From contig NIVC01001549.1 of the NCBI GenBank assembly GCA_002269645.1, forward strand, positions 62,001 to 126,000: a stretch of 64,000 nucleotides of DNA, written 5' to 3'. A model generated the notes under the pieces. It saw only the letters and a program-made list of their open reading frames with translations. It searched no databases and had not been told where the DNA came from. Shown piece by piece: positions 40,640 to 52,800 of the stretch (positions within the stretch are counted from its first letter, which is position 1; each line of letters begins with the position of its first letter). The stretch is from Macrostomum lignano. Lineage: Eukaryota. Both the position numbers and the translations under genes were made by a program.

Positions 40640-41045
40640 CATCCCAAGACAGCAAGCATCCCCCAGATAGCAAGCATCCTCTAGATTGCAAGCAACCCTT
40701 GGATAGCAAGCATCCCCCAGATAGCAAGCATCCCCCAGATAGCAAGCATCCCCTAGATAGCAACCATCCCCCAGATAGCAAGCATCCTCCAGATAGCAAG
40801 CATCCCCCAGATAGCAAGCATCCCCCAGATAGCAAGCATCCCCCAGATAGCAAGCATCCCCCAGATAGCAAGCATCCCCCAGATAGCAAGCATCCCTCAG
40901 ATAGCAAGCATCCCCCAGATAGCAAGCATCCCCCAGATAGCAAGCATCCCCCAGATAGCAAGCATCCCTCAGATAGCAAGCATCCCCCAGATAGCAAGCA
41001 TCCCTCAGATAGCAAGCATCCCCCAGATAGCAAGCATCCACCAGA
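40640..41045 (+). repeat. 18-bp minisatellite CCCCCAGATAGCAAGCAT, about 22 copies (same family as 28995-29500)
   Basis: Direct observation. Confidence 0.96.
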
Positions 41046-41124
41046 CAATAAGTAGCTAGTGCGACAATTTCCTTAGCATTATAGTGGCTCCTTTAAAATT
41101 CGCTTACTTTTACGTTTGAAATTG

Positions 41125-43265
41125 TGTAAATTTTATGTTTGACATGGTGGCTCTTTTATGTTCTACATGGCAACTCTTTTATGTTTGAAACAATGGCTTT
41201 TTAATGTCTGACATGGTGGCTCTTTAATGTTCGACAAAGTGGCTATTTAATGTTTGACAAGGTGGCTCTTTAATGTTCGACATGGTGGCTCTTTTGTTTT
41301 ACATGGTGGCTCTTTAATGTTCGAAATGGTGGCTCTTTAATGTTTGACATAAAGACACATATATGTTTGATATGGTGGGTCTTAAATGTTTGACATGGTG
41401 GCTCTTTAATGTTCTAAATGGTGGCTCTTTAATGTTTGACATGGTAGCTCTTTTATGTTCGACAGGGTGGCTCTTTTAGGTTTGACATGGTGGCTCTTTT
41501 AGGTTTGACATGGTGGCTCTTAAATGTTCGACATGGTGGCTCTTTTATGTTTAACATGGTGGCTCTTTAATGTTTGACATGGTGGCTCTTTAATGTTCTA
41601 AATGGTGGCTCTTTAATGTTTTACATGGTGGCTCTTAAATGTTTGACATGGTAGCTCTTTTATGTTGACATGGTGGTTCTTTTAGGTTTGACATGGTGGC
41701 TGGTTAATGTTCGGTATAATGGCCCTTTAATGTTCAACGTAGTGGCTCTTTAATATTCTACATGGTGGCTCTTTTATGTTTAACATGGTGGCTCTTTAAT
41801 GTTCGAAATGGTGGCTCTTTTGTTTTACATGGTGGCTCTTTAATGTTTGGCATGGTGGCTCTTTTTTGTTCGAAATGGTGGCTCTTTTTTGTTCTACATG
41901 GTAACTCTTTTATATTTGATACGGTGGCTTTTTTAATGTCTGACATGTTGGCTCTTTTATGTTTGACATGGTGGCTCTTTAATGTTCGACAAAGTGGCTC
42001 CTAAATGTTTGACATAGTGGCTCTTTAATGTTCAAAATGGTGGCTCCTAAATGTTTGAAATAGTGGCTCTTTAATGTTCAAAATGGTGGCTCTTTTATGT
42101 TCGACATGGTGGCTCTTTAATGTTCGAAATGGTGGCTCTTTAATGTTTAAAATAGTGGCTCTTTTATGTTCGACATGGTGGCTCTTTAATGTTCGAAATG
42201 GTGGCTCTTTAATGTTCAAAATAGTGGCTCTTTTATGTTCGACATGGTGGCTCTTTAATGTTCGAAATGGTGGCTCTTTAATGTACGACATAATGGCTTT
42301 TGAATGTTTGACATGGTGGCTCTTTAATGTTTGACATGGTAGCTCTGTTATGTTCGACATGGTGGCTCTTCTAGGTTTGACACGAAGGCTCTTAAATGCT
42401 TAACATGTTGGCTCTTTTATGTTTAACATGGTAGCTCTTTAATATTTTACATGGCGGCTACTTTATGTTCGACATGGTGGCTCTTTAATATTCTTCATGT
42501 TATAGCTCTTTCATGTTTGACAAGGTGGCTCTTTAATGTTCGAAATAGTGGCTCTTTAATGTTCGAAATGGTGGCTCTTTAATGTTTGACATAAAGTCAC
42601 ATATATGTTTGACATGGTGGCTCTTTATGTTTGACATGTTGGCTCTTTTATGATTGACATGTTGGCTCTTTTATGTTTGACATGGTGGCTCTTTAATGTT
42701 TGACATGGTGGCTCTTTTTTGTTCTACATGGTAGCTAACTCTTTTTATATTTGATACGGTGGCTTTTTAATGTCTGACATGTTGGCTCTTTTATGTTTGA
42801 CATGGTGGCTCTTTAATGTTCGAAAAAGTGGCTCCTAAATGTTTGACATAGTGGCTCTTTGATGTTCGAAATAGTGGCTCTTTTATGGTCGACATGGTGG
42901 CTCTTTAATGTTCGAAATGGTGGCTCTTTAATGTTCGAAATGGTGGCTGTTTAATGTTCGAAATGGTGGCTCTTTTATGTTTGACATAAAGTCACTTATA
43001 TGTTTTACATGGTGGCTCTTAAATGTTTGACATGGTGGCTCTTTATGTTTGACATAAAGTCACTTATATAGTTGACATGGTGGCTCTTTTATATTCTACA
43101 TTTTGGCTCTTTTAGGTTTGACATGGTGGCTCTTTAATGTTTGACATGGTGGCTCTTTATGTTTGACATGTTGGCTCTTTTATGTTTGACATGGTGGCTC
43201 TTTTATGTTCGATATGTTGGCTCTTTAATGTTCGACATGGTGGCTCTTCTATGTTTGACATTGCG
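41125..43265 (+). repeat. 22-bp satellite TCTTTAATGTTTGACATGGTGGC-like, roughly 95 diverged copies
   Basis: Direct observation; lies inside Helitron H1. Confidence 0.95.
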
Positions 43266-43327
43266 CTTCTTTTATGTTTAGCAGTTTTGTGTTTTTAAGG
43301 TGTTTTAATAAAAAAAAATCTTTTTTG

Positions 43328-43390
43328 CACCACTAAGATTCGAACCCAGGTCGCTACATTAGCATTCCAGTCTGTTCGCATCAGGGCTAT
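43328..43390 (-). pseudogene. Degenerate tRNA-like relic inside H1
   Basis: Minus strand ...GTAGCGACCTGGGTTCGAATCTTAGTGGTGCA followed by an A run and a T run. B box clear, A box weak, no convincing cloverleaf. Confidence 0.4.
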
Positions 43391-43859
43391 CTTTTTTAAT
43401 TGGAGAACTTGAATTGTGGCCCTTATAATTCAATTCTTACAGCAAGTCAATTGGAGTAGAAAGTTATGACATAATCAATTTCTCAGTCAGCCAGAATCAG
43501 TCTCAATTTAAGTTGGCAATATGGTTACGCAATTTCATTCAAGTCGTGTGTGCATTTCTTCGACACTGTTTTCAACTTGTTGTGATGCAATCTTTATCAC
43601 AATCGGAATTCAGCCAGTCAGTTTTTTCTCTAGCATTCTTACAATGCATTTCAAGTCGAAAATTTGGCTTGACCTTTGCAAAAAAGCATGTTTTTCGAAT
43701 ATTTAATCCCTTTAACATTGAGCAATTTCTTAGCCAGGATGCATGTACCGTGCCAGGAAAATTTCTGATCAAATAGTGCAAGTTTGAAGAAAATCGGTTG
43801 AGCCAATTTTTCTGAAATCTATCGCATACCGACAGACAACTCATTTTTAGTATATAGGA

Positions 43860-44332
43860 CTAGCTAATTAGAGCTGGCTGCCAGCATCCAGAATAATTTT
43901 TTATTGCCCCGCTTTAAGTGGAGCGGAGTGAGTTTTCTTATCAGTTGGCTCTGGCGCAATCAATTAAGATTGACTGTGAAGTTTCTCGCTGATAAAATTT
44001 GCATTGAATTCGCCCATTTAAAACTGTTTTTCGAATATTTAATCCCCTTAGCATTGAAGCAGATACAAGAAATTTTAACTGTCTTCTTTCCAGACAATTT
44101 TGAATCTTTTGGTGAAAACGCGATCAAAATCGGTGAAGAATTGCTCGCTCTAGAGCGTTATGGACATTCAAGCATACAAACAAATATTAGAGATTTAGTA
44201 TATTTAGATGAAGAATTGCAGTCTCTAGAGCGTTATGGACAAACATACAAACAAACCTTAGAGATTTAGTATATTTAGATTTAGAAGATGGACAAGCATA
44301 CAAACAAACCTTAGAGATTTAGTATATTTAGA
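43860..44332 (-). mobile_element. Short Helitron H2 (473 bp)
   Basis: 5' TCTAAATATACTAAATCTC; 3' hairpin GCTGG-CAG-CCAGC, then 9 nt, then CTAG. Confidence 0.85.
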
Positions 44333-44674
44333 TTAGCTAATTAGAGCTGGCTGCCAGCATCCAGAATAATTTTTATTGCCCCCACCCTTTAAGTGGGTCC
44401 AGTGAGTTTTCTTATCAGTTGGCTCTGGCGCAATCAATTAAAATTGACTGTGAAGTTTCTGGCTGATAAAATTTGCATTGAAAAAGCCCATTTAAAACAG
44501 TTTTTCGAATATTTAATCCCTTAAGCATTGAAGCAGATACAAGAAATTTTAACCATACAATCCCAGGCTGATTACAAATCTTTTGACGAAAACGCGATCA
44601 AAATCGGTGAAGAAATGCGAGTTCTAGAGCGTTATGGACAAGCATACAAACCTTAGAGATTTAGTATATTTAGA
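44333..44674 (-). mobile_element. Short Helitron H3 (342 bp, H2 family)
   Basis: Same 5' end and same hairpin as H2; ends in CTAA (fits CTRR). Confidence 0.82.
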
Positions 44675-45169
44675 CTAGCCATTTAGCCCCCCGCTGGGGA
44701 GCCCTAAAATGACACCAATTGGTTTTTATTTTGACACAAGAGTAACCTTACTATAATTATCCAAAATGTTGATTTCCATTAATAAAATATTACCTTTTCT
44801 CATTTTGGCAAAAATAAATTGCCATGAATCAGAACTTTCATCAGCCAAAAAAGTTTCCTTCATCAGCCCAAAACCCTTTCTCAATCAGCAAATAGTGCTG
44901 ATCCTTTCAAGCACAAACTCTTAGTGCATATCGTCGCTGGCCGGGGCATATTCTTATCCGCAGCAAATATGCAAATCACTGACGGCCTTAGACCCTCTCT
45001 TTTAATTAGCCTAAATCAAAGAATGAAACCTCTAATAAATGCGCTGGTATTTCCTATTAGCAGAAATCAGCATCACTTGTGTGTACTATTTCAATATCTG
45101 AACTACATGAGCTACTTCAGCCGTACTACCTGACTATCTGACAATCGCCCAACAACCTAACACCCCTAA

Positions 45170-47270
45170 CAATTCAGCCATCATCCATGAGCCTTGTCAT
45201 CTTAGCAATTCCCCCCAGTAAGCCTTGAAATCTCAGCAATTCTCCAAGTAAGCCTTGACAAGAATTGCTAAGAATTGCTAAGAATACTTAGCTAACAATT
45301 GCTAATACTTGCTAAGAATTGCTGAGAAGCCTCGAGATCTCAGCAATTCCCCCAGTAAGCATTGACATCTCAGCGATTCTCCCAGTAAGCCTTGAAATCT
45401 TAGCAATTCCCCCAGAAAGAATTCACATCTTAGCAATTGCCGCAGTAAGCCTTGAAATCGCTGCAATCCCCCCAGTAAGCCTTAACATCTCAGCAATTCC
45501 CCCAATAAGCCTTGACATCTGAGGAATTCCCCAGTAAGCCTTGAAATCTAAGCATTTCCCCAGTAAGCCTTGAAATCTCAGCATTCCCCCAGAAAGCCTT
45601 CACATTTTAGCAATTCCCAGTAAGACTTGACATCTTAGCAATTCCCAGTAAGACTTGACATCTCAGCAGTTCCCCCATTAAGCATCGACATCGCAGCAAT
45701 TAAACTCGAGCCTTGACATCTACGCAGTTCTCTCAGCTGAGTAAGCCTTGACATCCCAACAACCCAACTCCGCTCCCCCAAGAATTCAGCAATCCCCTTA
45801 TGAGCCTTGATATCTCTGCAATTTCTTCATAAGCCTTGTCAACTCAGTGATTCCATTCATGAGCTTTGATATCTTAGCAACTCCCATCTTAGCAAGTCTT
45901 TAGTTGATGGTTAACAGAGTGGTTATTCTATGATTGAACCAAAACTGACCCTAAGCCCCTAACCCTAACCCATAAGTGAGTCTTGGCATGTTAGCAATCT
46001 CCCCCGTGAGCCTTGAGCCTGAGCATTTAAGTAACTTCCTCATAAGCTTTGAAATATAAATTTCACCGAAAGCCTTGAACTGTCAGCAATTCCCTAAGAG
46101 CCAAAGCATATAACTAATTCGCCCCTTTAATCTTTGAAATTCCTTGATGAATCATTTATGATTGACACGACGATCGCTCTATAATTAAACTCAAATCCTA
46201 ACCCTTAACCTGCAGCCGAGTCACAGCATTTCAGCAACTCCCCCTCTCAGCCCAAGAATTTCAGCAATTCCCCAATGAGCTTTTGAAATCTTAGCAATTT
46301 TCCCATGAGCATGAAACTTTAGTGACTAACCTTTTGATATCTTGGCACTTTCACATGAGTCTTATGGTTGAAAACTAACCCTGCCAAGTCACAGCATTTC
46401 AGCAATTCCCACCGTAAACCACAGCATTTCGACAAATACCCAATGAACCTTGACATTTCGTGAATTTCAGCTATTCGCTTTAGGAGCCTTTGAAATCTCA
46501 GCCATTCCCCTGTGAACCTTAGCATCTCAGCAATACCCAAGAGTCACAGCCTACAGCATTACAGGGATCCCCCGTGAGCTTTGAAATCTCAGCTATTCCC
46601 CAATGAGCCTTGATATCTCAGCAACTCCTATTTGAGCCACAAAATTTCGGCAATATGAGCAGGTACTGCAATCACAACAATCCCCCTGAGCATTGAGCCA
46701 CATTATAATTCGGATATCCCCCCACGAGCCTTTACAACTTAGCAATTCCCCAATGAGTATTTAATGTTAGACAGGCCTATTCATTTATATGGTTTACGTC
46801 TTACTCTTACCCTAACAATGTCGGCAATTCCCTCAAGAGCCACAGCATTCCAGAAATTATTTCCATGAGCCTTGACAGCAAATAATTTTAATGAGCCTTG
46901 ATACCTCAGAAATTTCTCAAATGGAATTTGAAATCAAAGCAATTCTGCCCAGAATCACATCAGTATAGAAATTTCCCTCTGAGACTTGACAAGACATCTC
47001 AGAATTTCTCTCATGGGCCTTGATCTGGCCCATGGCCCAGTAAGCCTTGAAATCTCAATAATTCCCCAGTAAGCCTTGACATCTCAGAAATTCCCTCATT
47101 AAGATCGACATCGCAGCAATTGAACTTAAGCTTTGAAATCAAAGCAATTCTCCCCAGAATCACATCATTATAGCAATTACCGCTGAGCCTTGAGATCTTA
47201 GAAATTCTCCCATGAGTCTTGATATCACAGAAATTTTCCATACCAGCCTTGACATCTTAGCAATTCACAT
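45170..47270 (+). repeat. Degenerate ~31-33-bp minisatellite (CTTAGCAATTCCCCCAGTAAGCCTTGAAAT), cargo of each 5.17-kb unit
   Basis: Homogeneous at the left end and progressively decayed rightwards; repeated at ~50340, ~55510 and ~59860. Confidence 0.9.
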
Positions 47271-48812
47271 TGAGTATTTTATTCTCGACAGACCGCTTCT
47301 TTTATGGTTGACATGATGATTCTTTTGTCGCTTTTTCTTGTGTTGAGTTTTCTTCTGTTTAAAGTAGCATTTATTAAAAACTTACAGTGGTTTACCATCA
47401 CTTTAGCAATGGTTTACCATCACTTTAGCGATGGTTCACCAGCAATTTAGCAATGGTTCACCAGCAGTTTAGCAATGGTTCACCGGCACTGTTCCGCAAA
47501 ATCTGGGAGCAGATGGCTACTGATCTCCATATGCTTCTCAATAATCGAAACCATTTGAAATGTTTGCAACTTGCAGTTTAAAATTGATTTGCAATTCTCT
47601 TGCATATTTATTAATTCATTGTACGTCAGATTAGCACTGCTCACCCAGATTAGACCCTTTGCAAATTAGCACTTACAGCAGATTAGCACTGCTCTAGAAG
47701 ACTAACGCAGCCCCAGCAAAAGTATCTTTAAATTTAAGTGTTTACCATCTCCATGAATCTGCATAGGATGCAATCATTATTGTCACAGGTCACAAAGATA
47801 AATTCGCTGCTTCAATGCAGGCTCGAACTGCTGACATCAAAGCATTCTGTTTGCTTCTGCTTGATACTGCCTGCCTACTGCGGCGATTGTGCCTATTGAC
47901 ATGTGGTCGAAATAATCTAGTTTAGCAACTTCAGCCGTTTGAAGTTAACCCCCGGAAATCGGCATTTATCCCCACAACAACCTGAAATTATCCCTTCATC
48001 TAATCCCGCAAAAAGACTGCAGTTATTTCTTAGCAGCCGGCATTTATCATCCACTTTGCATTTTAAAACTTTTATTAAAATTAAGAATGCATACCCTCAG
48101 CGGCATAGAATTGTCCCCTTAGCCAAAAATATTTCACTTAGCAGCCGCAGAAATCCCCTAAACAACTTGTACTTAATCTTCCACAGTAAATATCCACTCA
48201 AAACTCAATAGTTAGTTATAAGCCTCAGAAGTCTGCCATTATCCTCTAATTAGTCCGCAGTTTTCCCTCTCAGCAGTCTGCAGCTATACGCTCATACGTC
48301 TGGAGGAACTACCTCAGCAGTTTGCAGTTGTTTCCCCTTTGCAATCTGCAATGATCCCTTCGACAGTCTGCAGTTCCCCTCAGCAGTCTGCAGTCATTTC
48401 ATTTTCAGTCTACAACTGTACCATTAACGATTTTCATTCATTCTCTCAGCAGCCTGCAGTTCTCCTCTCGGCCGGCTCCTCAGTCTCCTCTGCAAACTGC
48501 AATTTGCTCAGAATTTTACGGCTCACTAATCAATTTTCGATACATATCGGCAGTCTTGAAAAGCTCAGCATTTAGCAGCATTGTCTGCAGTTTAGTAATT
48601 TCGTACTTTTATGGAGCTAGACAATACCCATTGATGGGATCAGTTATACTCGAAGCAGTTTTTACAAATCAAATTTGATTAGTGGCTTGTGCCGAGTAGC
48701 AAAAAATGAATTGCTAATTAATAAAAAAATGTTTCAATTGAAATTAAATAAAAATGTTTCAATTAGTCCAGGCACAAGCTATAAATTATTGAATTATTTG
48801 AATTTTTATTAT

Positions 48813-48895
48813 CCGCCGGGGAGGCAGACTCGAACCTTGGACCTTACGTCTAGCCTAAACCTAGTCCTAAGTGCCTACACTGCGGCTACTCCGCC
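48813..48895 (-). pseudogene. tRNA-like (Pol III A/B box) relic, repeated in every unit (also 53984-54066, 59163-59245, 63517-63599)
   Basis: GGCGGAGTAGCCGCAGTGTAGGC (A-box/D-arm-like) ... AAGGTTCGAGTC (B box), followed by an A-rich tail; T and acceptor stems pair poorly. Confidence 0.5.
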
Positions 48896-49828
48896 TATTG
48901 ATGGGAGGACAACAAAATCAGCCATATATGCTTCAGAACTGCAGTTAAAATACATAGCAGTGATAGGCTGCTCAGTGTGTAGGCGTGCAGGCGGAGCCAA
49001 TGCACAGTTGATTGAGTGAAATCTATAAATAGCAATTTTCTATGGAGTCCGCCAGTCAGAGCCAGGGTCAGAATGTACACACGCAGCCACTGAGCATTTT
49101 CTCTCCTTGCACACTGCAACCAGTATTGAAGCTTACACAGTGGAGAGAGAAAAGTTATGGCGCAATCATAATTGGAATTGGAATTCAGCCAGTCCAGTCA
49201 AGAATTCAACCTAGTTTGCCCTACCATTAAAAGCATTGGGAAAACTCGTTTTTCGAATATTTAATACCTTTAGCATTAAAGCCGATTAAAGAAATTTCAA
49301 CTGTCTTCTTTCCAGATAATTACAAATCTTTTCGTAAAAACGCGATTAAAATTGGTCAATGGTTCTATCTCTAGAACGTTACACGAATACTAACACAAAT
49401 TCTCTTCGAGTGAAAGTCACACGAAGCAGCTATGACATAATCAAATACTCAGGCAGTCAGCATCAGTCTCAATTAAAGTTAGCAATATGGTTACGCAATT
49501 TCTGTCTTTCAACTTGGCACAGTGTTTTCAACTTGTTGTGATGCAATCTTTATCAAAATCAGAATTCAGTCAGTCGGTTTTTTCTCTAGCATTCTTACAG
49601 CGCATTTCAAGTCGAAAGAGCTGCTTGACCTTTGCAAAAAAGCATGTTTTTCGAATATTTAATCCCTTTAGCATTGAAGCAGATTAAAGAAATTTTAACC
49701 GTCTTCTTTCCAGACAATTTTAAATCTTTTGACGAAAACGCGATCAAAATTGGTGAAGAATTGCAATCTGTAGAGCGTTATGGACATTCAAGCATACGAA
49801 CAAACCTTAGAGATTTAGTATATTTAGA

Positions 49829-52800
49829 CTAGCCATTTAGCCCCCGCTGGGGAGCCCTAAAATGACACCAATTGGTTTTTATTTTGACGCAAGAGTAACC
49901 TTACTATAATTATCCAAAATGTTGATTTCCATTAATCAAAAATTACCTTTTCTCATTTTGGCAAAAATAAATTGCCATGAATCAGAACTTTCATCAGCCA
50001 AAAAAGGTTCCTTCATCAGCCCAAAACCCTTTCTCAATCAGCAAATAGTGCTTATCCTTTCAAGCACAAACTCTTAGTGCATATCGTCGCTGGCCGGGGC
50101 ATATTCTTATCCGCAGCAAATATGCAAATCATTGACGGCCTTAGACCCTCTCTTTTAATTAGCCTAAATCAAAGAATGAAACCTTAATAAATGCGCTGGT
50201 ATTTCCTATTAGCAGAAATCAGCATCACTTGTGTGTACAATTTCATTATCTGAATTACATGAGGTACTTCAGCTGTACTACCTGACTATCTGACAATCGC
50301 CCAACAACCTAACACCCCCAACAATTCAGCCATCGTCCATGAGCCTTGTCATCTTAGCAATTCCCCCAGTAAGCCTTGTCATCTTAGCAATTCCCCCAGT
50401 AAGCCTTGAAATCTCAGCAATTCCCCAAGTAAGCCTTGACAAGAATTGCTAAGAATTGCTAAGAATACTTAGCTAACAATTGCTAATACTTGCTAAGAAT
50501 TGCTGAGAAGCCTCGAGATCTCAGCAATTCCCCCAGTAAGCATTGACATCTCAGCAATTCTCCCAGTAAGCCTTGAAATCTTAGCAATTCCCCCAGAAAG
50601 AATTCACATCTTAGCAATTGCCGCAGTAAGCCTTGAAATCGCTGCAATTCCCCCAGTAAGCCTTAACATCTCAGCAATTCCCCCAATAAGCCTTGACATC
50701 TGAGGAATTCCCCCAGTAAGCCTTAAATCTAAGCATTTCCCCAGTAAGCCTTGAAATCTCAGCATTCCCCAGAAAGCCTTCACATTTTAGCAATTCCCAG
50801 TAAGACTTGACATCTTAGCAATTCCCAGTAAGACTTGACATCTCAGCAGTTCCCCCATTAAGCATCGACATCGCAGCAATTAAACTCGAGCCTTGACATC
50901 TACGCAGTTCTCTCAGCTGAGTAAGCCTTGACATCCCAACAACCCAACTCCGCTCCCCAAGAATTCAGCAATCCCCTTATGAGCCTTGATATCTCTGCAA
51001 TTTCTTCATAAGCCTTGTCAACTCAGCGATTCCATTCATGAGCTTTGATATCTTAGCAACTCCCATCTTAGCAAGTCTTTAGTTATGGTTAACAGAGTGG
51101 TTATTCTATGATTGAACCAAAACTGACCCTAAGCCCCTAACCCTAACCCATAAGTGAGTCTTGGCATGTTAGCAATCTCCCCCGTGAGCCTTGAGCCTGA
51201 GCATTTAAGTAACTTCCTCATAAGCTTTGAAATATAAATTTCACCGAAAGCCTTGAACTGTCAGCAATTCCCTAAGAGCCAAAGCATATAACTAATTCGC
51301 CCCTTTAATCTTTGAAATTCCTTGATGAATCATTTATGATTGACACGACGATCGCTCTATAATTAAACTCAAATCCTAACCCTTAACCTGCAGCCGAGTC
51401 ACAGCATTTCAGCAACTCCCCCTCTCAGCCCAAGAATTTCAGCAATTCCCCAATGAGCTTTTGAAATCTTAGCAATTTTCCCATGAGCATGAAACTTTAG
51501 CGACTAACCTTTTGATATCTTGGCACTTTCACATGAGTCTTATGGTTGAAAACTAACCCTGCCAAGTCACAGCATTTCAGCAATTCCCACCGTAAACCAC
51601 AGCATTTCGACAAATACCCAATGAACCTTGACATTTCGTGAATTTCAGCTATTCGCTTTAGGAGCCTTTGAAATCTCAGTCATTCCCCGTGAACCTTAGC
51701 ATCTCAGCAATACCCAAGAGTCACAGCCTACAGCATTACAGGGATCCCCCGTGAGCTTTGAAATCTCAGCTATTCCCCAATGAGCCTTGATATCTCAGCA
51801 ACTCCTATTTGAGCCACAAAATTTCGGCAATATGAGCAGGTACTGCAATCACAACAATCCCCCTGAGCATTGAGCCACATTATAATTCGGATATCCCCCA
51901 CGAGCCTTTACAACTTAGCAATTCCCCAATGAGTATTTAATGTTAGACAGGCCTATTCATTTATATGGTTTACGTCTTACTCTTACCCTAACAATGTCGG
52001 CAATTCCCTCAAGAGCCACAGCATTCCAGAAATTATTTCCATGAGCCTTGACAGCAAATAATTTTAATGAGCCTTGATACCTCAGAAATTTCTCAAATGG
52101 AATTTGAAATCAAAGCAATTCTGCCCAGAATCACATCAGTATAGAAATTTCCCTCTGAGACTTGACAAGACATCTCAGAATTTCTCTCATGGGCCTTGAT
52201 CTGGCCCATGGCCCAGTAAGCCTTGAAATCTCAATAATTCCCCAGTAAGCCTTGACATCTCAGAAATTCCCTCATTAAGATCGACATCGCAGCAATTGAA
52301 CTTAAGCTTTGAAATCAAAGCAATTCTCCCCAGAATCACATCATTATAGCAATTACCGCTGAGCCTTGAGATCTTAGAAATTCTCCCATGAGTCTTGATA
52401 TCACAGAAATTTTCCATACCAGCCTTGACATCTTAGCAATTCACATTGAGTATTTTATTCTCGACAGACCGCTTCTTTTATGGTTGACATGATGATTCTT
52501 TTGTCGCTTTTTCTTGTGTTGAGTTTTCTTCTGTTTAAAGTAGCATTTATTAAAAACTTACAGTGGTTTACCATCACTTTAGCAATGGTTTACCATCACT
52601 TTAGCGATGGTTCACCAGCAATTTAGCAATGGTTCACCAGCAGTTTAGCAATGGTTCACCGGCACTGTTCCGCAAAATCTGGGAGCAGATGGCTACTGAT
52701 CTCCATATGCTTCTCAATAATCGAAACCATTTGAAATGTTTGCAACTTGCAGTTTAAAATTGATTTGCAATTCTCTTGCATATTTATTAATTCATTGTAC

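Larger units (their letters stand above)
40503..43859 (-). mobile_element. Non-autonomous Helitron H1 carrying two satellites
   Basis: Minus-strand 5' TCCTATATACTAAAAATG; 3' hairpin CCCCC-AAC-GGGGG, then about 10 nt, then CTAG followed by host T (40502). Confidence 0.82.
44675..49828 (-). mobile_element. Helitron H4, first 5.15-kb tandem unit
   Basis: 5' TCTAAATATACTAAATCTC at 49828; 3' hairpin GCTCCCC-AGC-GGGGGGC, then 7 nt, then CTAG at 44675. No Rep/Hel ORF. Confidence 0.87.

Noticed and set aside
40493-42360. Long repetitive ORFs (DACYLG, DSKHPP, KEPPFRTLKSHH) here and at 28990-29569
   Set aside because: Translations of stop-free minisatellites in several frames; no splice or start context
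45945-45975. Telomere-like CCCTAA repeats
   Set aside because: Only 2-3 imperfect copies embedded in element cargo; not a telomeric tract
48990-49230. CCAAT + TATAAATA followed by a 62-aa ORF (MESASQSQG...), and an ATGCAAAT octamer at ~44970, repeated in each unit
   Set aside because: Short motifs expected by chance; the ORF has no recognisable domain, and its conservation only reflects unit identity
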